Assembly (NCBI GenBank): GCA_018303045.1 | Contig: JAGVYX010000035.1 | Span: 1-47,877 of the forward strand | Reading direction: 5' to 3' | Source of the DNA: Candidatus Woesearchaeota archaeon | Lineage (GTDB): Archaea; Nanobdellota; Nanobdellia; Woesearchaeales; GW2011-AR9 | DNA length: 47,877 bases | Part shown: piece after piece, positions 47,876 through 47,877 of the stretch | How the letters are laid out: every line of letters begins with the position of its first letter | How positions within the stretch are numbered: position 1 is the stretch's first letter | Made by a program: the position numbers and the translations under genes | Notes under the pieces: model-generated | The model's input: the letters and a program-made list of their open reading frames with translations, nothing else | Databases searched by the model: none | What the model was told of the DNA's origin: nothing

Positions 47876-47877
47876 TG

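Noticed and set aside
1..47877. DGR reverse transcriptase, template repeat, tRNA or rRNA genes
   Set aside because: No RT-motif ORF, AAC-rich VR homolog or cloverleaf seen by eye; a computational scan could still find something missed

Overview
Chromosomal segment of an archaeon, most likely DPANN/Woesearchaeota-like. This is inferred from rpl15e, PAC2, NurA, Lhr, an archaeal SRP RNA, TATA boxes ~25-30 nt before many ATGs, a class III signal peptide and bacterial-type MutS/PepF/AhpC. Housekeeping and redox genes alternate with orphan secreted or membrane proteins. Most notable: (1) the gene cut by the right edge carries a DGR-type variable region (NNY codon run, CGGGGT IMH-like motif, 7-bp stem/GGA-loop hairpin), with no RT or template repeat seen in the window; (2) two copies of an unrecognised structured element with a conserved core and fully different closing helices; (3) three families of tiny MITEs with visible target-site duplications, plus decayed IS481 and IS5 elements; (4) candidate peptidoglycan-attacking proteins (pilin-signal/lytic transglycosylase-like, M23, LysM-like); (5) a 62-bp exact ectopic copy of a PLD catalytic motif; (6) an MNT-HEPN pair between direct repeats; (7) a dif/lox-like site; (8) many short tandem duplications. 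All calls are by eye, with no database searches.
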